DNA of 64,000 nucleotides from Sphyrna mokarran (GCA_024679065.1 JAGIQG010000003.1:28024001-28088000), one strand, 5' to 3'. Numbered from the stretch's first letter, positions 1-13,330 are shown. Program-made: numbers and translations. The notes: generated by a model not told the origin, from the sequence alone.

Positions 1-530
1 GCATGCACATGTGTGATGTTGAGCAGTTGATTGCACGCAATTTCGACATTCAGGGAGTGGAACCCCTTGCAGTTGATGAAGCACATTCCCTGATGACATG
101 GGGTTTGCAAGGTGGCATGCATGTCTTCTATAGCACTCTAATCTGAGGCATACCAGTGATAATGGAAAAGCTTGCAGCTTGGGCATTTTGTTGGGCTTAG
201 CACATGTTGAAATGGATGTAGTGGGATGCCTGGGCATATATGGCATCCCTGACCCTCTGGATGCACTTATAGGCTGATGACTGGGAGATGCCGCACAAGT
301 TGCTGTTTAAGCCTTGGAATGATTGGGTGATGAAAATGTTCAGGGCTGTTGTGGCCATGACCACTGGGAGCAGGTATCTTCCTCTCCCAGTAGGTGCCAG
401 GTCTGTGATGATGTGGCACGTGCTGCACTGTCTTCTTGTTCAGGTGGAGTCTCCAGCGGCATTCATTGCCAGTTCATTTTAGGATGTGCGGATCCTGTAC
501 AACCGAAGTTTCCTACTTTGCCCTCCATGG
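1..530 (-). mobile_element. Decayed PIF/Harbinger transposase (HARBI1-like DDE) fragment
   Basis: Manual minus-strand translation gives AYKCIQRVRDAIYAQASHYIHF and KGFHSLNVEIACNQLLNITHVHA, matching the Harbinger KGFHSLNVQ.VC motif; frame disrupted; runs off the window start. Confidence 0.75.
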
Positions 531-1951
531 GCCAATAGGCAGCTGAGCATTGACCCTAATCAACGGTCCCCTGTTGTTCTGGTATTGGGTTGGACTTGCC
601 GCTAGCAGCAATATCTGTCAGCTGCCACATCAGCAGCAAGGATTACTGCCAGCTCTACTGACTCAATTCCAACATTCATGGTTGCTTTGCAGGGGGATGT
701 GAGAAAGAGAGAGGAAGAGACAGTCCGTAAGATTATCCATCCTGGACCCCTCTGTTCCCTCCCCAGCACACCATGTCCTCACAACCTGACAATGTTGCAT
801 GTGTCCATTAGTGGGAGCTGGGATGGAATGTCAGCAATAACAACAGAGCCTTTCCAGCAGACAGATGGTGGATAACCAATGCAACATTAGTGGGATTTGA
901 ACTCAGCTACATCTGAAACCCCATGGAGGTCTTTCAGCAGGCAGGGAAAATATTTGCCACACGACCTCCGACAGAGGACCCACAGCCCAGCTTGGACCTC
1001 CCCAAGCCCCTGCACTCTTGAAAACCCCCAACCCTACCCTATACCTGGCAGTGGCTATTTGCACCCTGGAGGATAATTCTAAGTGGTACTCACCTCCTTG
1101 CTTACCCTTGCAACTGTTGTGCCTGAACCACACTTCAAGGGATGAATACTGATTTGTGCCTGTGTGATATCCCACTGGAGGAGTGGGAACATCCTGGGAC
1201 AGGAGGATGATCACGTGCTAAACTTGCTAATGAGATTGAAATCCAATCAATTTCATGCTAATCAACTTTGCCTGGTCTGCACCAGTAGAAAGGTGCCGGG
1301 AATGTTTGGCAATGGGTGTGGAACTGATTATGAGGCCCACACGCTATTTTCTGAGATCGAGGTCAGAGAATTACCCCCAGTATTTTGATGATAGAATCTG
1401 TTTATCTCCCTCAGTTTAGTTACATTTACAAGAGATATATTCCATGGGAGTTTTTTAATTAATTCCACTTATCAATAGCAATATATTGCTAACTGAGCCA
1501 CATTGCTGAGCGCAAAAACTTTGAACAGTTTATTACATGGAAAGAATGGCTTGGCAGAATGTGATTATGGAAATTTATGGCTGTGGCACACAATCTGTAA
1601 GTGTTTATGAGATGTTACAATCCAATTGCTTGTTAATACATAAATAATAGCCGGTACTCCCAGGATGAAAAAGGGTCACAAAGGAAACCAAGACAGATGA
1701 TTCCAGAACTCTTCGGCAACTACACCTCAGACTGTTGCTGCCAATTTGTAATCATCTGCAAATGCTAGATAAAGCATGAGTTTAATAAAAGGCTGGACTC
1801 CCCAGTGGTTCAAAGTGTACATGCCCACATGATGTGTACTGCTAAGCCATGCAGTCGAGGTTCAATACTGGCTGAACTATGTTGAATTAAATATTTTTAG
1901 CTTAGGCAATAATAAGGGGCTAAAATTTGCCACAGGTCCCCCATCTCAGAG

Positions 1952-2397
1952 AAAAAAAATTCGAATTGCTTTCAAATGAACCTCTATGGGAAAGCCTTTA
2001 GGGGAAAAACTGGATAAGATCCAAAAACAAACCATCGGCCCGTTAGCCATGCGCACTCATTGTAATGCAGACAGCAGTAGGAAGGTACCAACCCTCACAG
2101 TTCATTACACATACAGCTATCCACAGATGCGTCTTTCAGAATGGGTTCCCTGCAAGCCCCTGAACCAGCACTCTTCACTACTTTTGTGCCTCTCCCATCC
2201 AGTGAGCACATAAGATTACCCTCAGTGATGCAGGCACCCACATGATTTATTTTGAAAAGGCAATTATTCCCCCCGTGATTTTGCCAACTTTGGTAAGCTC
2301 AGCGCTGGAGATCACTAGCAGGCACATAATGACGTTTATAATGTGATCAAAATTTCAGGGCCAGATTTCTGATAATATTTCTGAAGAGAGTCAGAGG
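1952..2397 (+). repeat. Local direct duplication, copy 1 (~445 bp)
   Basis: Aligns by eye along its whole length to 4077-4715 (e.g. aattgctttcaaatgaacctct; tgaaccagcactcttcactacttttgtgcct). Confidence 0.9.
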
Positions 2398-2619
2398 ATA
2401 GAGGGCATCATAATTTTCCAGTCCAGGCCTAATTTGTTGCTTTTTAACCTTTACATGATCCAGATGGGATTTGTAGAGGTAAATAAAAAGTTGTCTATTA
2501 AGCAGTGCTTCAGTGAATCAACATAAAATATATGTGGTGACTTGTTAAGCTTCATGATTTAACACATTTTCAGTCTTTTGCATCATGCTAACCTGCAGTC
2601 CTTTCTGTATGAACAGTGT

Positions 2620-3560
2620 CAAAGAACAACAAACAAAGAAAATTACAGCACAGGAACAGGCCTTTTGACCCTTCAAGCCTGCACCGACCATGCTGCCCAA
2701 CTTCACTAAAACCCCCCCACCCTTCTGGGGACCATATCCCTCTATTCCTATCCTATTCATGTATTTGTCAAGATGCCCCTTACAAGTCACTATCGTATCT
2801 GCTTCTACTATCTCCCCCAGCGATTTCCAGGCATCCACCACTCTCTGTGTAAAAAATCTGCTTTGTATATCTTCTCTAAACCTTGCACCTCGCACCTTAA
2901 ACCTGTGCCCCCAAGTAATTCACTCTTTCATCCTGAAAAAAAGCTTCTGACCACCCACTCTGTCCATGCCTCTCATAATCTAATAGACTTCTATCAGTTC
3001 GCCCCTCAACGCCCATTGTCCCAGTGAGAACAAAATCAAGTTTCTCCAATCTCTCCTCATAGCTAATGCCCTCCATATCAGTCAACACCATGGTAAAACT
3101 TTTCTGAACTTTCTCCAAAGCCTCCATATCCTTGAATTAAACATTATATTCCAAGTGCGGCCTAAGGTTCTATAAAGCTGCAACATGACTTGCTAATTTT
3201 TGAAAGCAATGCACGGCCAATGAAGGCAAGCATGCCATATGCCTTCTTGACTACCTTCTCTACCTGCATTGCCACTTTCAGTGACCTGCATAGCTGTAAA
3301 ACCAGATCCCTTCGCCTATCAATAAGGGTTCTGCCATTTACTATATATTCCTTATCTGTATTAGACTTTCCAAAATGCATTACCTCACATTTGTCTGGAT
3401 TAAACTTCACCTTCCATCTCTCCGCCCAAGTCTTCAGCTGATCTATATCCTGCTGTATCCTCTGATGGTCCTCATCCGCAAATCTACCACCTTTGTGTTG
3501 TCTGCAAACTTACTAATCAAATCAGTTACATTTTTCTCCAAATCATTTACATATATTACA
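2620..3560 (-). mobile_element. CR1 LINE, 5'-truncated 3' portion
   Basis: ORF pieces MKFNPDKCEVMHFG, EALEKVQK..SYEERLEKL, FFTQRVVDAW; CR1 3'UTR and TTTGTTC-type tail at ~2620. Confidence 0.9.
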
Positions 3561-3649
3561 AAATTTGTCCTGTACACTTGGTATTTTGAACTTTGACTAC
3601 TGCATTGCTGAAATGCCTTAGCTAGGGAAAATACTTGAGACTAAGATAA

Positions 3650-3967
3650 GTTGAACAGTTGGAAGCTTTTTCCCAGAGAAGAAATGATAATCACAATGGG
3701 ATACAAGTTCAAGGTAAGGGGAGGGAAAGGTTCAGTGGAGATGTGTGGGGGATTTTTTTTTACACGGAGGGTGGTGGGGGCCTGGAATGCACTGTCAAGT
3801 GAGGTGGTTGAGGCAGATATGTTAGTGACATTTAAGTCTTATCTGGATAGCCCACGAACAGGTGGGTTGTAAAGAGAGACAGGCAGTTGGTTTAGGTAGG
3901 ACAATGTAATTGACACAGCCTTGGTGAGTGAAAAGCCTGTTCCTGTGTTGTACTTTGTTCTTTGTTA
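3650..3967 (+). mobile_element. CR1 LINE 3' end
   Basis: FFTRRVVGAWNAL..FKSYLD; 3'UTR ending cctgttcctgtgttgtactttgttctttgtt. Confidence 0.85.
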
Positions 3968-4076
3968 GCATGAAAATTTAGTGTTGTCTGCTTATTTCAA
4001 TAATTAAAGTCTATTTAAAAAAGAATAACATACAGCCTAGTGCTAAACATACTGCTCTGTGGCTGGGTGTCTCTGT

Positions 4077-4715
4077 GAAAAAAATTCTAATTGCTTTCAA
4101 ATGAACCTCTAGGGGAAAGTCTTTAGGGGAAAAAACTGGATAAGGCCCAAAAACAAACTATGAGCTGTAGCCATGTGCACTCATTGTAATGCAGACAACA
4201 GTAGGAAGGTACAGATACTCACAGTTCATTACACATACTGCTAGCCACAGACACGTCTTTCGGAATGCAAGCCCTTGAACCAGCACTCTTCACTACTTTT
4301 GTGCCTATCCAGCCATTGAGCACATAAGGTTATCTCTCAGTGATGTAGGCACCCACTCAATTTATTTTAAAAGGGCAATGATCCTCCCTGATTTTGCCAA
4401 CTTTGGTGCGGGTTTGGAGGGCCAAAGGACCTGTTTCTATGCTCTAATTTTCTTTGTTCTTTGTTCTAAACCCTGACTGCACTTATTAAAAGGGAGATTC
4501 ATTCTACTTGTACAGATACTGGAAGTGGCTGGGGAAAAAAGTTTGAACGGGTGGTAGAGGGCAAATGGTGCACTTGAGGGTTCTCTGGTGCAACATTGAT
4601 GCCAACTTTGATAAGGTTAGCGCTGGAAGTCACCAGCAAGCACATACTGACGATTATACTGTGATTAAAGTTTCAGGGCCATATTTCTGATAATACTTCG
4701 GAAGATAGTCAGAGG
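4077..4715 (+). repeat. Local direct duplication, copy 2, interrupted by an insertion
   Basis: Matches 1952-2397 except for an insert at 4406-4599. Confidence 0.9.
4406..4599 (+). mobile_element. Very short CR1 3' tail plus ~130 bp of extra sequence, flanked by an 11-bp TSD
   Basis: TGCCAACTTTG at 4395-4405 and 4600-4610; a single copy at the empty site 2282-2292; 4406-4467 is a CR1 3'UTR/tail. Confidence 0.8.
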
Positions 4716-4754
4716 CCACATTTGGACAAGCTAACATAACTTAAACATAACTCA

Positions 4755-5090
4755 GTGTGGCATTGAGTTAAAAAATTGGCCTGTCATGTTACAGCTTTAT
4801 AGAATCTTCGTGAGGCTACACTTGGAATATAGTGTTCAATTATACTTGACCAGAAGGATGTGGAGGCTTTGGAAAAGATACAGAAAAGATTTTCCAGGCT
4901 GTTGCTTGAATGGATGGCATTGCAATGAGAAGAGGTTGAAGAAATTTGGTTTGTTCTCACTGGAATGACACAGGTTGAAGGGCATCCTAATAGAAGTTTA
5001 CAAGATTACGAGGGGCATGGACAGAGTGACTAGACAGAAGTTTTTTCTTAGGGTGAAAGATTACTACTAAGTTATTACTAGGGTGCATAG
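4755..5090 (+). mobile_element. CR1 LINE ORF2 fragment
   Basis: MLQLYRIFVRLHLEYSVQ..FGLFSLE. Confidence 0.85.
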
Positions 5091-6269
5091 GCTCACCACT
5101 CTTTGGGTGAAGCAATGTCACTTCACCTCTGAATGATCATGAACAGTGAATACAACACTGAATGTCATATATCTATGAATGAATTACTACACCCACAAAT
5201 GTTGCTCCATTCAACATCCTCCCTTTCACTCACCTGGAAACATCCTCTTACAAGCATGACTCATATGTAATATGTATAACCTCACCTCACCTTTTTAGAC
5301 TTAGAACTACTGCAGGCCTCAGACCCAAACCTCATAGCTGCTATGCAATCCCAGCTATTCAAATATGATAGGAATATCATGTAAACATTGCACTACACAT
5401 GCTAAACCACTTCGCTCTTGCAGGAGCAGCTGGCATAGAATCTGACCTAGTAGCACCTAACTGGTGGAAGCAAGCACAGCTGCATGCCCTTATCCTCAGC
5501 ATTTGACCATATTTGGAGAGGCCATAAATGAGACTCAATGGAATAATGGGATTCAAACCATAGAAGAAGGCAATATGATCCTACCTCATCCACCTTATCA
5601 TACCTCACTTTTCCCTCATTTCCTAATGTCTTCTGACATGTATGTTGTAGACAGTTTTAGCATGCACCTCTTGTTTTCACCCACTTCCCTCATGCAGCCC
5701 CACTCTTGGTTCCTTCTCCTTTCAGATAAACAAATACTACCACTCACTCAAACACTAATAGGGAGCCTGAAGTTCAAGAGGTGAAGAACACTAATGATGA
5801 CGATGAAGAAATCCCATAATTCAATCTCGCATTTGCAGCCAGGAACTCATATACTGGCACTGCTTATACTTTAAAAAGGTAGTAGTTTGGAGTGGGGTTG
5901 AGATCTTCAGCATTACAGTAGGGATGTTATTAAGACCTTTTGCTGTATCCAATACACACAATCATTTTTGATGTTGCACAGAGTTAGTTGGATTAGCTGA
6001 ACATTGGCTTCTTTGATGGTTCGGCCCTCAGGAGGAAGATGAGATGGAACATTTGCTTGGCACTTTTCGCTAAAGATGAATTGCGAATGCTTTGGCCTTG
6101 TCTGATGTGCTGCATTCTGCCATCATTGAAGATATGGATGTTATAACAGTGCTGTATTTTGTTGTTTGCTGTTTGGAGAAATGTCTTTGTGCCCTTGCGC
6201 AGGCAATGGCGCCCAGTGGGAAACCTGCGAAATGGCCTCCACTGATGTCTCCCAGTCCATTGCACTGGT

Positions 6270-7345
6270 CAAGCCTCCTTATGTAAACATAATAAGATTA
6301 AGATATCCCTCTTTATCTTTCTCAACCTATCTGCACCTTTTGATACTGTTGATCACACTGCCTATTTCTAATAAATCCCACTGTTGATCAGCTGGGTGAG
6401 ACAACCCTCACCTAGTTCCATTCGTACCTTTCTAATCACAGCCCTAGAATCTTCTACAGTAGTTTTTCTTTCCATTCTGTGACCATTACTTCTGGTGTCC
6501 CCCAGGGATCTATTCTTGGCCCCCTCTTATTACTTTTCAAATGGTCCCTTCAGCAAAATCATCCTTAAATACAGTGTTAGTTTCCAAATATAGGCTGATG
6601 ACATACAATTCTACCTCACTACCTCACAATTGCTAAGTTATCTGACTGCTTATTGGTATCCAATACAGGATGATCAGAAACTTCTTCCCATTAAATATTG
6701 TAAATAATGTAAAAACTAAAGTATTTGTCTTCTGTTCCCACCACAAAGTCCATTCCCTAATCATTGACTCAAAATCTCTCCCTGGTGACTTTCTGAGGCT
6801 GAACCAGATCATCTGCAATCTTGGTGTCCTATTTTATCCTAAGTCAAGCTTCTGACCACATATCCATTCCATCACTAACGTTACCTACGTTTAGTTTGAT
6901 AACATCACTCAAGTCAATTCTTGCCTCAATCCATTTGCTGCTGAGACTTGGAATCATGCATTTGGTGTTTTTAGTCGTGAATATTCCAACAAACTCCTAA
7001 GCTATCTTGCAGCTGTCACCCTCCCTAAACATAGGGATCATCCAAAACTCTGCTGCCTGTGTCCTATCTCACAACAACTCCCATTCACGATTTGCTAACC
7101 TGGATTATTTCCTGCTGGAGCAGCACCTTAATTTTAAAATTCTTATTCCTGTTTTCAAATCTTTACATGACCTCATTTTAACATTTCTGTAATCTGCTCT
7201 AGGTTCAACCCTTTGAGATATCTCTGACCTTTAATTCTGGCCTCTTGTATATTTTCTATTTTAATTGCTGTTCCATTGGCAGCCATGTGTTCAGCTGCCT
7301 AGGCCTGAAGTATTGGAATTTCTGAACCTATACCTCTCTACCTCA
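6270..7345 (+). mobile_element. Old L2-clade LINE, RT region
   Basis: Decayed L2-type motifs: LNLSAPFDTVDH (LDLSAAFDTVDH), GVPQGSILGP, xADDIQFY, IIQNSAACVL, FKILIPVFKSLH. Confidence 0.8.
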
Positions 7346-7611
7346 CATTAAACTAGGCCTTCTGGTTTGTGAGAGTATAGTCAGGTGAGAGGGGCGATGC
7401 AAGTTGTGTCTGAGGGTAGGGGTAGTGGGGAAGGGGGTGCGGTTGGGGTTGATTGGTTGAGTTACTGAATTATACCAGGTATCAAACTGTCTAACTTTTT
7501 CAGGGTAAGTTTGCATATAAGTCCCATCCAGCTGCCCAGAGTCTCCTTCCTGGGCTCAGTATCAGAGACATTCATGGACGATCCTGGACAGTAGGGAATT
7601 AGCCCATTCAA

Positions 7612-7843
7612 CTGACTCTAGAATAGCTTCTACCCTGCTTCCATCAGACTTCTGAATGGACTTACCATATAATAAGCTGGTCTTTCTCAATAGCTATTCT
7701 CTATGATTATAATCTGCACCCTCTCCTTTCTTTTTCCCCTACATATTCTATGAATGGAATGTGTTGTCTGTATAGTACGTAAGAAACAAAACTTTTCATT
7801 GCATCCCAATACATGTGACAATGATAAATCAAAGCAAATCAAG
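7612..7843 (+). mobile_element. Rex1/Babar-type LINE 3' end
   Basis: 3'UTR ending acttttcattgcatcccaatacatgtgacaatgataaatcaaagcaaatc, homologous to the tail of 10039-11278. Confidence 0.7.
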
Positions 7844-8345
7844 TCATTGAATGTTTACACTTCCTGGACAGTTTCCATGTATGTGTGCATGTCAGAAGCT
7901 CCAAGGGGTCCTGACACACATCGCGCAATATCCCATCTCTGATAACCCAGAGACTGGAAGATTTGGGTCTATCCTACATCTTCCTTAAAGGTGCATTTTA
8001 AAACCTACTTCTGTCTGAATATCACCCTTATGCAACTTGGCATAAACTTTTATTTGACCTTGAGACATTTTGCTACATTAAGTGTGCTTAAAAAAAATAC
8101 AAGTTGTAATTGTCTGGTCCATCCAACTTGTCCTACACCATGTGGATACACATGCATCATGGTATCTTCACTCTCCACCCCACCTAAAATTACATGATCT
8201 GGGAGAGGTGAAAAAGAAAATGCAATTTTACAATTAGTAGTAATAATATTAATAATAATAATATAGTATAAAATGTAACTTACATGTTCCTGTTCTGGCA
8301 ATGGGGCAAGCATATTGGCTTTGCTCTGAACTTAGTCCATATTAT

Positions 8346-8661
8346 GGGGCAGCATGGTGATACAGTGGTTAGCACTGTTGCCTCACAGCACTAGGGGCCT
8401 GGGTTCAAGTCTGGTCTCGGGTCACTGCCTGTGTGGAGTTTGCACATTCTGCCGATGTCTGTGTTGGTTTCCTCTGAGTGCTTCAGTTTCCTCCCACAGG
8501 CCAAAGATGCGTGGGTGAAGTTGATTGGCCATGCTAAATTGACCCTAGTGTTAGGGGATTAGTGTGGGGCTACAGGGATAAGGCCTGGGTAATATTGTGA
8601 TCGATGCAGACTTGATGGGCTGAAAGGCCTCCTTCTGCACTGTAGGGATTCTATGATTCTA
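8346..8661 (+). mobile_element. HE1-type tRNA-derived V-SINE, full length, CR1-type tail
   Basis: A box tggtgatacagtgg, B box ggttcaagtc, V-domain gtgtggagtttgcacattct..ggtttcctc..tttcctcccac, tail cctccttctgcactgtagggattctatgattct. Confidence 0.9.
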
Positions 8662-9520
8662 TTTAGCTTCCACCTTCATGCAGAAAAAGTTTATCCAAAA
8701 ATATGCTTCTGTAATACAGGCCACAAGAACTCCTTATAGAGCACAATTCTGTCACTTTCCCCATCTTTTCCTTGCAAATATTTCATGTACATTTTTCCTT
8801 TATTTGTTCCAGTCCAGCATGAATAGCATGACTGTCTACAGCCAAGTGGTGTAAAGAACATTAATTTTTTCTTCAAAATTCCTGCCATATGAAATCGTAT
8901 CTAACTATAATTAGCTATACTACTCTCATGCAATATTTGGAGAAATTCAAATTTTACATTTTTGTACATGTTTAAAATTTCATAAAGGCTATTTGTGAAT
9001 GAAACAGTCTCGGGTGTTTAACTGACTGCTGATACAGGAAAAGAAATTTGTCTGCATAGTGTCACTGCTAATGGCATCATGCAAACTTATTTTAATTCCC
9101 TAGAGGGTTGTTATTGCCACCAGTTGTTACAAATGCAGCCTACTTGGCATTCCTCATTGATATCACTAAAGAAGAGTGAGAAGTAGTGCTACTTTTAAGA
9201 GTTAGTAACTCCTTCATGTCTTCTAACTTTTCAGTATCTTTAAGAAAATTTCATTCTGAAATAAATTATTGACCAGTTAGTTAAAAATATCTTTTCCTTG
9301 ATATTCAGAATGATAATTTCAAATACTGGGCATTAGACATGGCATTCTAAATGTGCAATAGCATCAAAGTAAATATTAATTTCAAGATTCATTCCTCAAT
9401 GTTGCTTTGGGATTTTGAAATATAAAGTCACAGGTACTCTGTTTTTCTCCAAATTGACTTCACTGTGAAACAATCTTGACATTCCTTAATCCCTGTTCAG
9501 ACCTGATTTCTTGCCTCTTG

Positions 9521-9702
9521 TGACCTTACTGGCACCAGATATCTGGCAAGGTCAGCCTTATGTACATTTCTGGTGTAAGGTTGAATAAATTATTTAAATA
9601 ATTTTAAAGGGCATTTTACATAGCATTGCAAGCCCATTAAATCTATCAACTGGACTCACTTATCTCTCTGGCCTTGCCAGATATCTGGTGCCAGTAAGGT
9701 CA
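9521..9702. repeat. Perfect 31-bp inverted repeat with 120-bp spacer
   Basis: tgaccttactggcaccagatatctggcaagg (9521-9551) is the exact reverse complement of 9672-9702. Confidence 0.95.
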
Positions 9703-10038
9703 GTGAGAATCAAAACTGGTTCCCAGCACTGTGAACACGTTGTAATGGCCTCACTGGTTGAACTAGAGGCCATTGAGGGGCAAGGAGGATATCAGAAGCA
9801 AGCGGGAGTATGCTCCTTGGGCAGTACCAGCCTGACCCTCTGGCACTTCCCATGGGGCAGCCTGGGGCACTCCCAAGCAGTGCCAAGGATTTGGGGCTGG
9901 AGGGGGAGCAGGGTCTGAGTGGCAGGGAGGAGGGACCCATTATCACTCCACAATGGGATCGGTGGGGGGTGGAAAGGGTGACCCACTGCCATCTGCAAAG
10001 GGATCTGTGGTAAGGGACTGGGACAATTGAGACTGGCC

Positions 10039-11278
10039 ATTGATTTGATTTGATTTGATTTGATTTATTATTGTCACATGTATTAAAAAACAGTGAAAAG
10101 TATCACTTCTTGAGTGCAATACAGGCAGAGCATACAGTTCATAGAAAAGGAAACGAGAGAGTGCAGAACTTTCTGTTACAATCATAGCTAGGGTGTACAG
10201 AAAGATCAACTTAATGCAAGGCAAATCCATTCAAAAATCTGACAGCAGCAGGGAAGAAGCTATTCTTGAGTCAGTTGGTAGGTAACCTCAGACTTTCGTA
10301 TCTTTCTACTCACGGAAGAAGATGGAAGAAAGAATGTCCGGGCTTGTAGGATCCTTAATTGTATTGGCTGCTTTGCTGAGGCAGTAGGAAGTGTAAACAA
10401 ACTCAGTGGATGGGAGGCTGGTTTGCGTGATGGATTGGGTTACATACATGACCTTTTGGAGTTTCTTGCATCTTAGGCAGAGCAAGGCACATACTAAGCT
10501 GTGATACAACAGAAAGAATGCTTTCTATGGTACGTCTGTAAAAGTTGGTGAGAGTCGAAGCTGATATGCCAAATTTCCTTAGTCTTCTGAGAAAGTAGAA
10601 ACATTGGTGGGCTTTCTTAACTATAGTGTCAGCATGGGGGGACCAGGTAGTCTGGATATCTAAAAACATGAAGCTCTCAACCTTTCTACGTCATCCCTCT
10701 TGATGTAGACAGAGACATGTTCTCCACTACGCTTCCTGAAGCTGATGACATTGAGGGAAAGAGGGTGAGCTGCACCAGTTCACCAGATTCTCTATCTAAA
10801 TCTTGTACTCTGTCTATTCCTATACTATGGTGTTGTTGTCAGCAAACTTCAAAATCAAATTGGAGGGGAACTTGGCCATACAATCATAGGTGTATAAGTA
10901 TAGTAGGGGCGCCAAGAAAACAGCCTTGCCGGACACCGCTACTGAGGGTGATTGTGGAGGAGGTGATGTTGCCTACTTTTACTGATTGTAGTCTGTGAGT
11001 TAGGAAGTTCAGGATTCAGTTGCAGAGGGAGGAGCTGAGGTGCTGATCATGGAGTTTGGAGATGAGTTTTGTGGGAATAATGGTATTGAAGGCTGAGCTG
11101 TAGTGAATAAATAGGAATCTGACATTGGTGTCTTTGTTATCTAGGTGTTCTAGGGTCGCGTGCAGGGGCATGGTGATGCAGCAATAGGCAAACTGTAGTG
11201 GATCTGGGCAGTTCGGAAATTGATTCGTGCCATAACTATTCTTTCAAAGAACTTCAAAATGATGGATGTCAGAGCCAC
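10039..11278 (-). mobile_element. Rex1/Babar-clade LINE, 5'-truncated
   Basis: TWSPHADTIVKKAHQCFYFLRRLRKFG..LTNFYRRTIESILS; (AAATC)n tail on the minus strand at ~10039-10065. Confidence 0.85.
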
Positions 11279-11629
11279 AATGGGTCAGGCTAACAATCGT
11301 GGAAGGGGTCAGGCATCCTATAGAGGAGGGAATGGGTTATCGATCACAGGGGAACTCGAGCAGGCAATTGTTGAGGAGGTTGGGCAGATGATCATGAGGG
11401 GTTGGGGCGGGAGAAAGGGATTAGTCAAGACGGGTGGAGTGGTGTGTGATCGGCTGCAGATCCCTGCGGTAGCTGGGGCAGGAAGAGGGGATAGCTATGT
11501 TAATGAGGTTGGGTACTTTGAGGAAGCCATGGAAGCTGGCAAAGAGCAGCAGAGGTTGACTGACAGGTCTCTGCTGCTAGAGACCTGCACACGTAAAATG
11601 ACACACTCTGGCAAGGTCATCTATGTGCG

Positions 11630-13315
11630 GACAACAAAAGGGTTGAGATTCTAAATGAATATTTCTCATCTGTATTTACTGTTGAGAAAATCATAAATTT
11701 AGGGAACTTGGGAAAATAAATAGTGATGTCTTGAGGAGATGCTGGAAGTCTTAAAGCACTTCAAGATAGCTAAGTGCCTGGGACTTGATGAAATGTATCC
11801 CAGGACATTATGAGAAGCTAGGGAGGAAAGTGTGAGTCCCTAGCAGAGATATTTGAATCACTGATAGTCACAGTTGAGGTATCTGAAGGTTGGAGGGTGG
11901 CAAATGTTATGTCTTTGTTCAAGCAGGACTGCCGGGTAAAGCCTGAGAACTACAGGCCAGTGAGCCTCACATCTCTGTTGGGTAAGTTCTTGGAAGATAT
12001 TTTGAGAAGCAGGATCTATAAGCATTTAGAGATGCAAGGTTCAGGACAGTCAGCACGGCTTTGTGAGTGGAAAATCATGTCTCATAAATTTGATTGAATT
12101 TTTTGAAAGGGAACTAAGAAGGTAGATGAGGGCAGTGCAGTTAATGTTGTCTACATGGACTTTAGCAAGGCCTTTGACAAGATACTGCATGGTAGATTGT
12201 TGCATAAGGTTAAATCTCACAGGATCAGGGTGAGGTCGTTAAATGGATAAAAATTGGTTTGATAACAGAAGCCAAAGGGTAATTGTAGAGGGTTGCCTTT
12301 AAAATTGGAGGCCTGTGACTAGCGGCGTGCCTCAAGGATTAGTGTTGGGTCCACTGTTATTTGTCATTTATATTAATGATTTGGATAAGACTGTAGGAGG
12401 CATAGTTAGTAAGTTTGCAGATGACAGCAAGTTTGTGGCATAGTGGACAATGAAGAAGATTATCTTGGATTGCAATGGAATCTTGATCAATTGGGTCAGT
12501 GGGCTGACGAATACCAGATGGAGTTTAATTTAGATAAATGCAAGGTGATGCATTTTGGTAGATCAAAGCAGGGCAGAATTTATTGAGTTTATGATAGAGC
12601 ATTGGACAGTGTTATAAAACAAAGAGATCTAGGAGTATAAGTTCATAGCTCCTTGAAAGTAGATTCACAGGTGGACAGAATGGTGAAGAAGGCATTCAGC
12701 ATATTTGGTTTCATTGGTTAGATTATTGAATACAGGCGTTGGGACATCTTGTTGAAGTTGTACAAGACATTGGTAAGGCTATACTTGGAATACTGTGTAC
12801 AGTTCAGGTCACGCTATTATAGGAAGGATATTATTAAACTAGAAAGAGTGCCGAAGATTTACTAGGATGCTACAGGAACTTATGATTTGATTTATATGGA
12901 GAAGCTGGATAGACTGCGACTTTTTTTTCTGGATGGCCTTGGTTGATCTTACAGAGATCAATAAAATGATGAGGGGCGTAGATTGGCAAGATAGACAGTA
13001 CCTTTTCCCAAAGAATCTAAAACTAGAGGGCATAGGTTTAAGGTGAGAGGGGAGAGATACAAAAGAGTCCAGAGGGGCAGTTTTTTCACAGATGGTGGTG
13101 AATGTCTGGAACAAGCTGCCAGAAGTAGTAGTAGAGGCAAGAATGATTTTGTCTTTTAAAAAACATTTAGACAGTTACAAGCATACAATGGGTGTCAAGG
13201 GATATGGGCCAAATGCGGGCAATTGAGACTAGCTTAGGAGTTTTGAAAAAAGGGCAACATGGACAAGTTGGGCCAAAGTGCGTGTTTCCATGCTGTAAAT
13301 CTCTATGATTGTATG
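11630..13315 (+). mobile_element. CR1 LINE ORF2 (RT) to 3'UTR, decayed
   Basis: PENYRPVSLTS, YMDFSKAFDK, GVPQG..LGP, KFADD; tail ctgtaaatctctatgattgtatgac. Confidence 0.9.
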
Positions 13316-13330
13316 ACTGTGCTGCTCTTA

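Noticed and set aside
1-530. Host HARBI1 gene
   Set aside because: The frame is disrupted and the context is repeat-like, so this is a transposase remnant.
8346-8420. tRNA gene
   Set aside because: The A/B boxes belong to a SINE head followed by a V-domain and LINE tail; the same applies at 15052, 17103 and 28733.
10403-10669. ORF resembling the DUF1891/ALKBH8 N-terminal annotation
   Set aside because: It is the C-terminus of a Rex1/Babar LINE ORF2 with its 3'UTR and AAATC tail, not a host gene.
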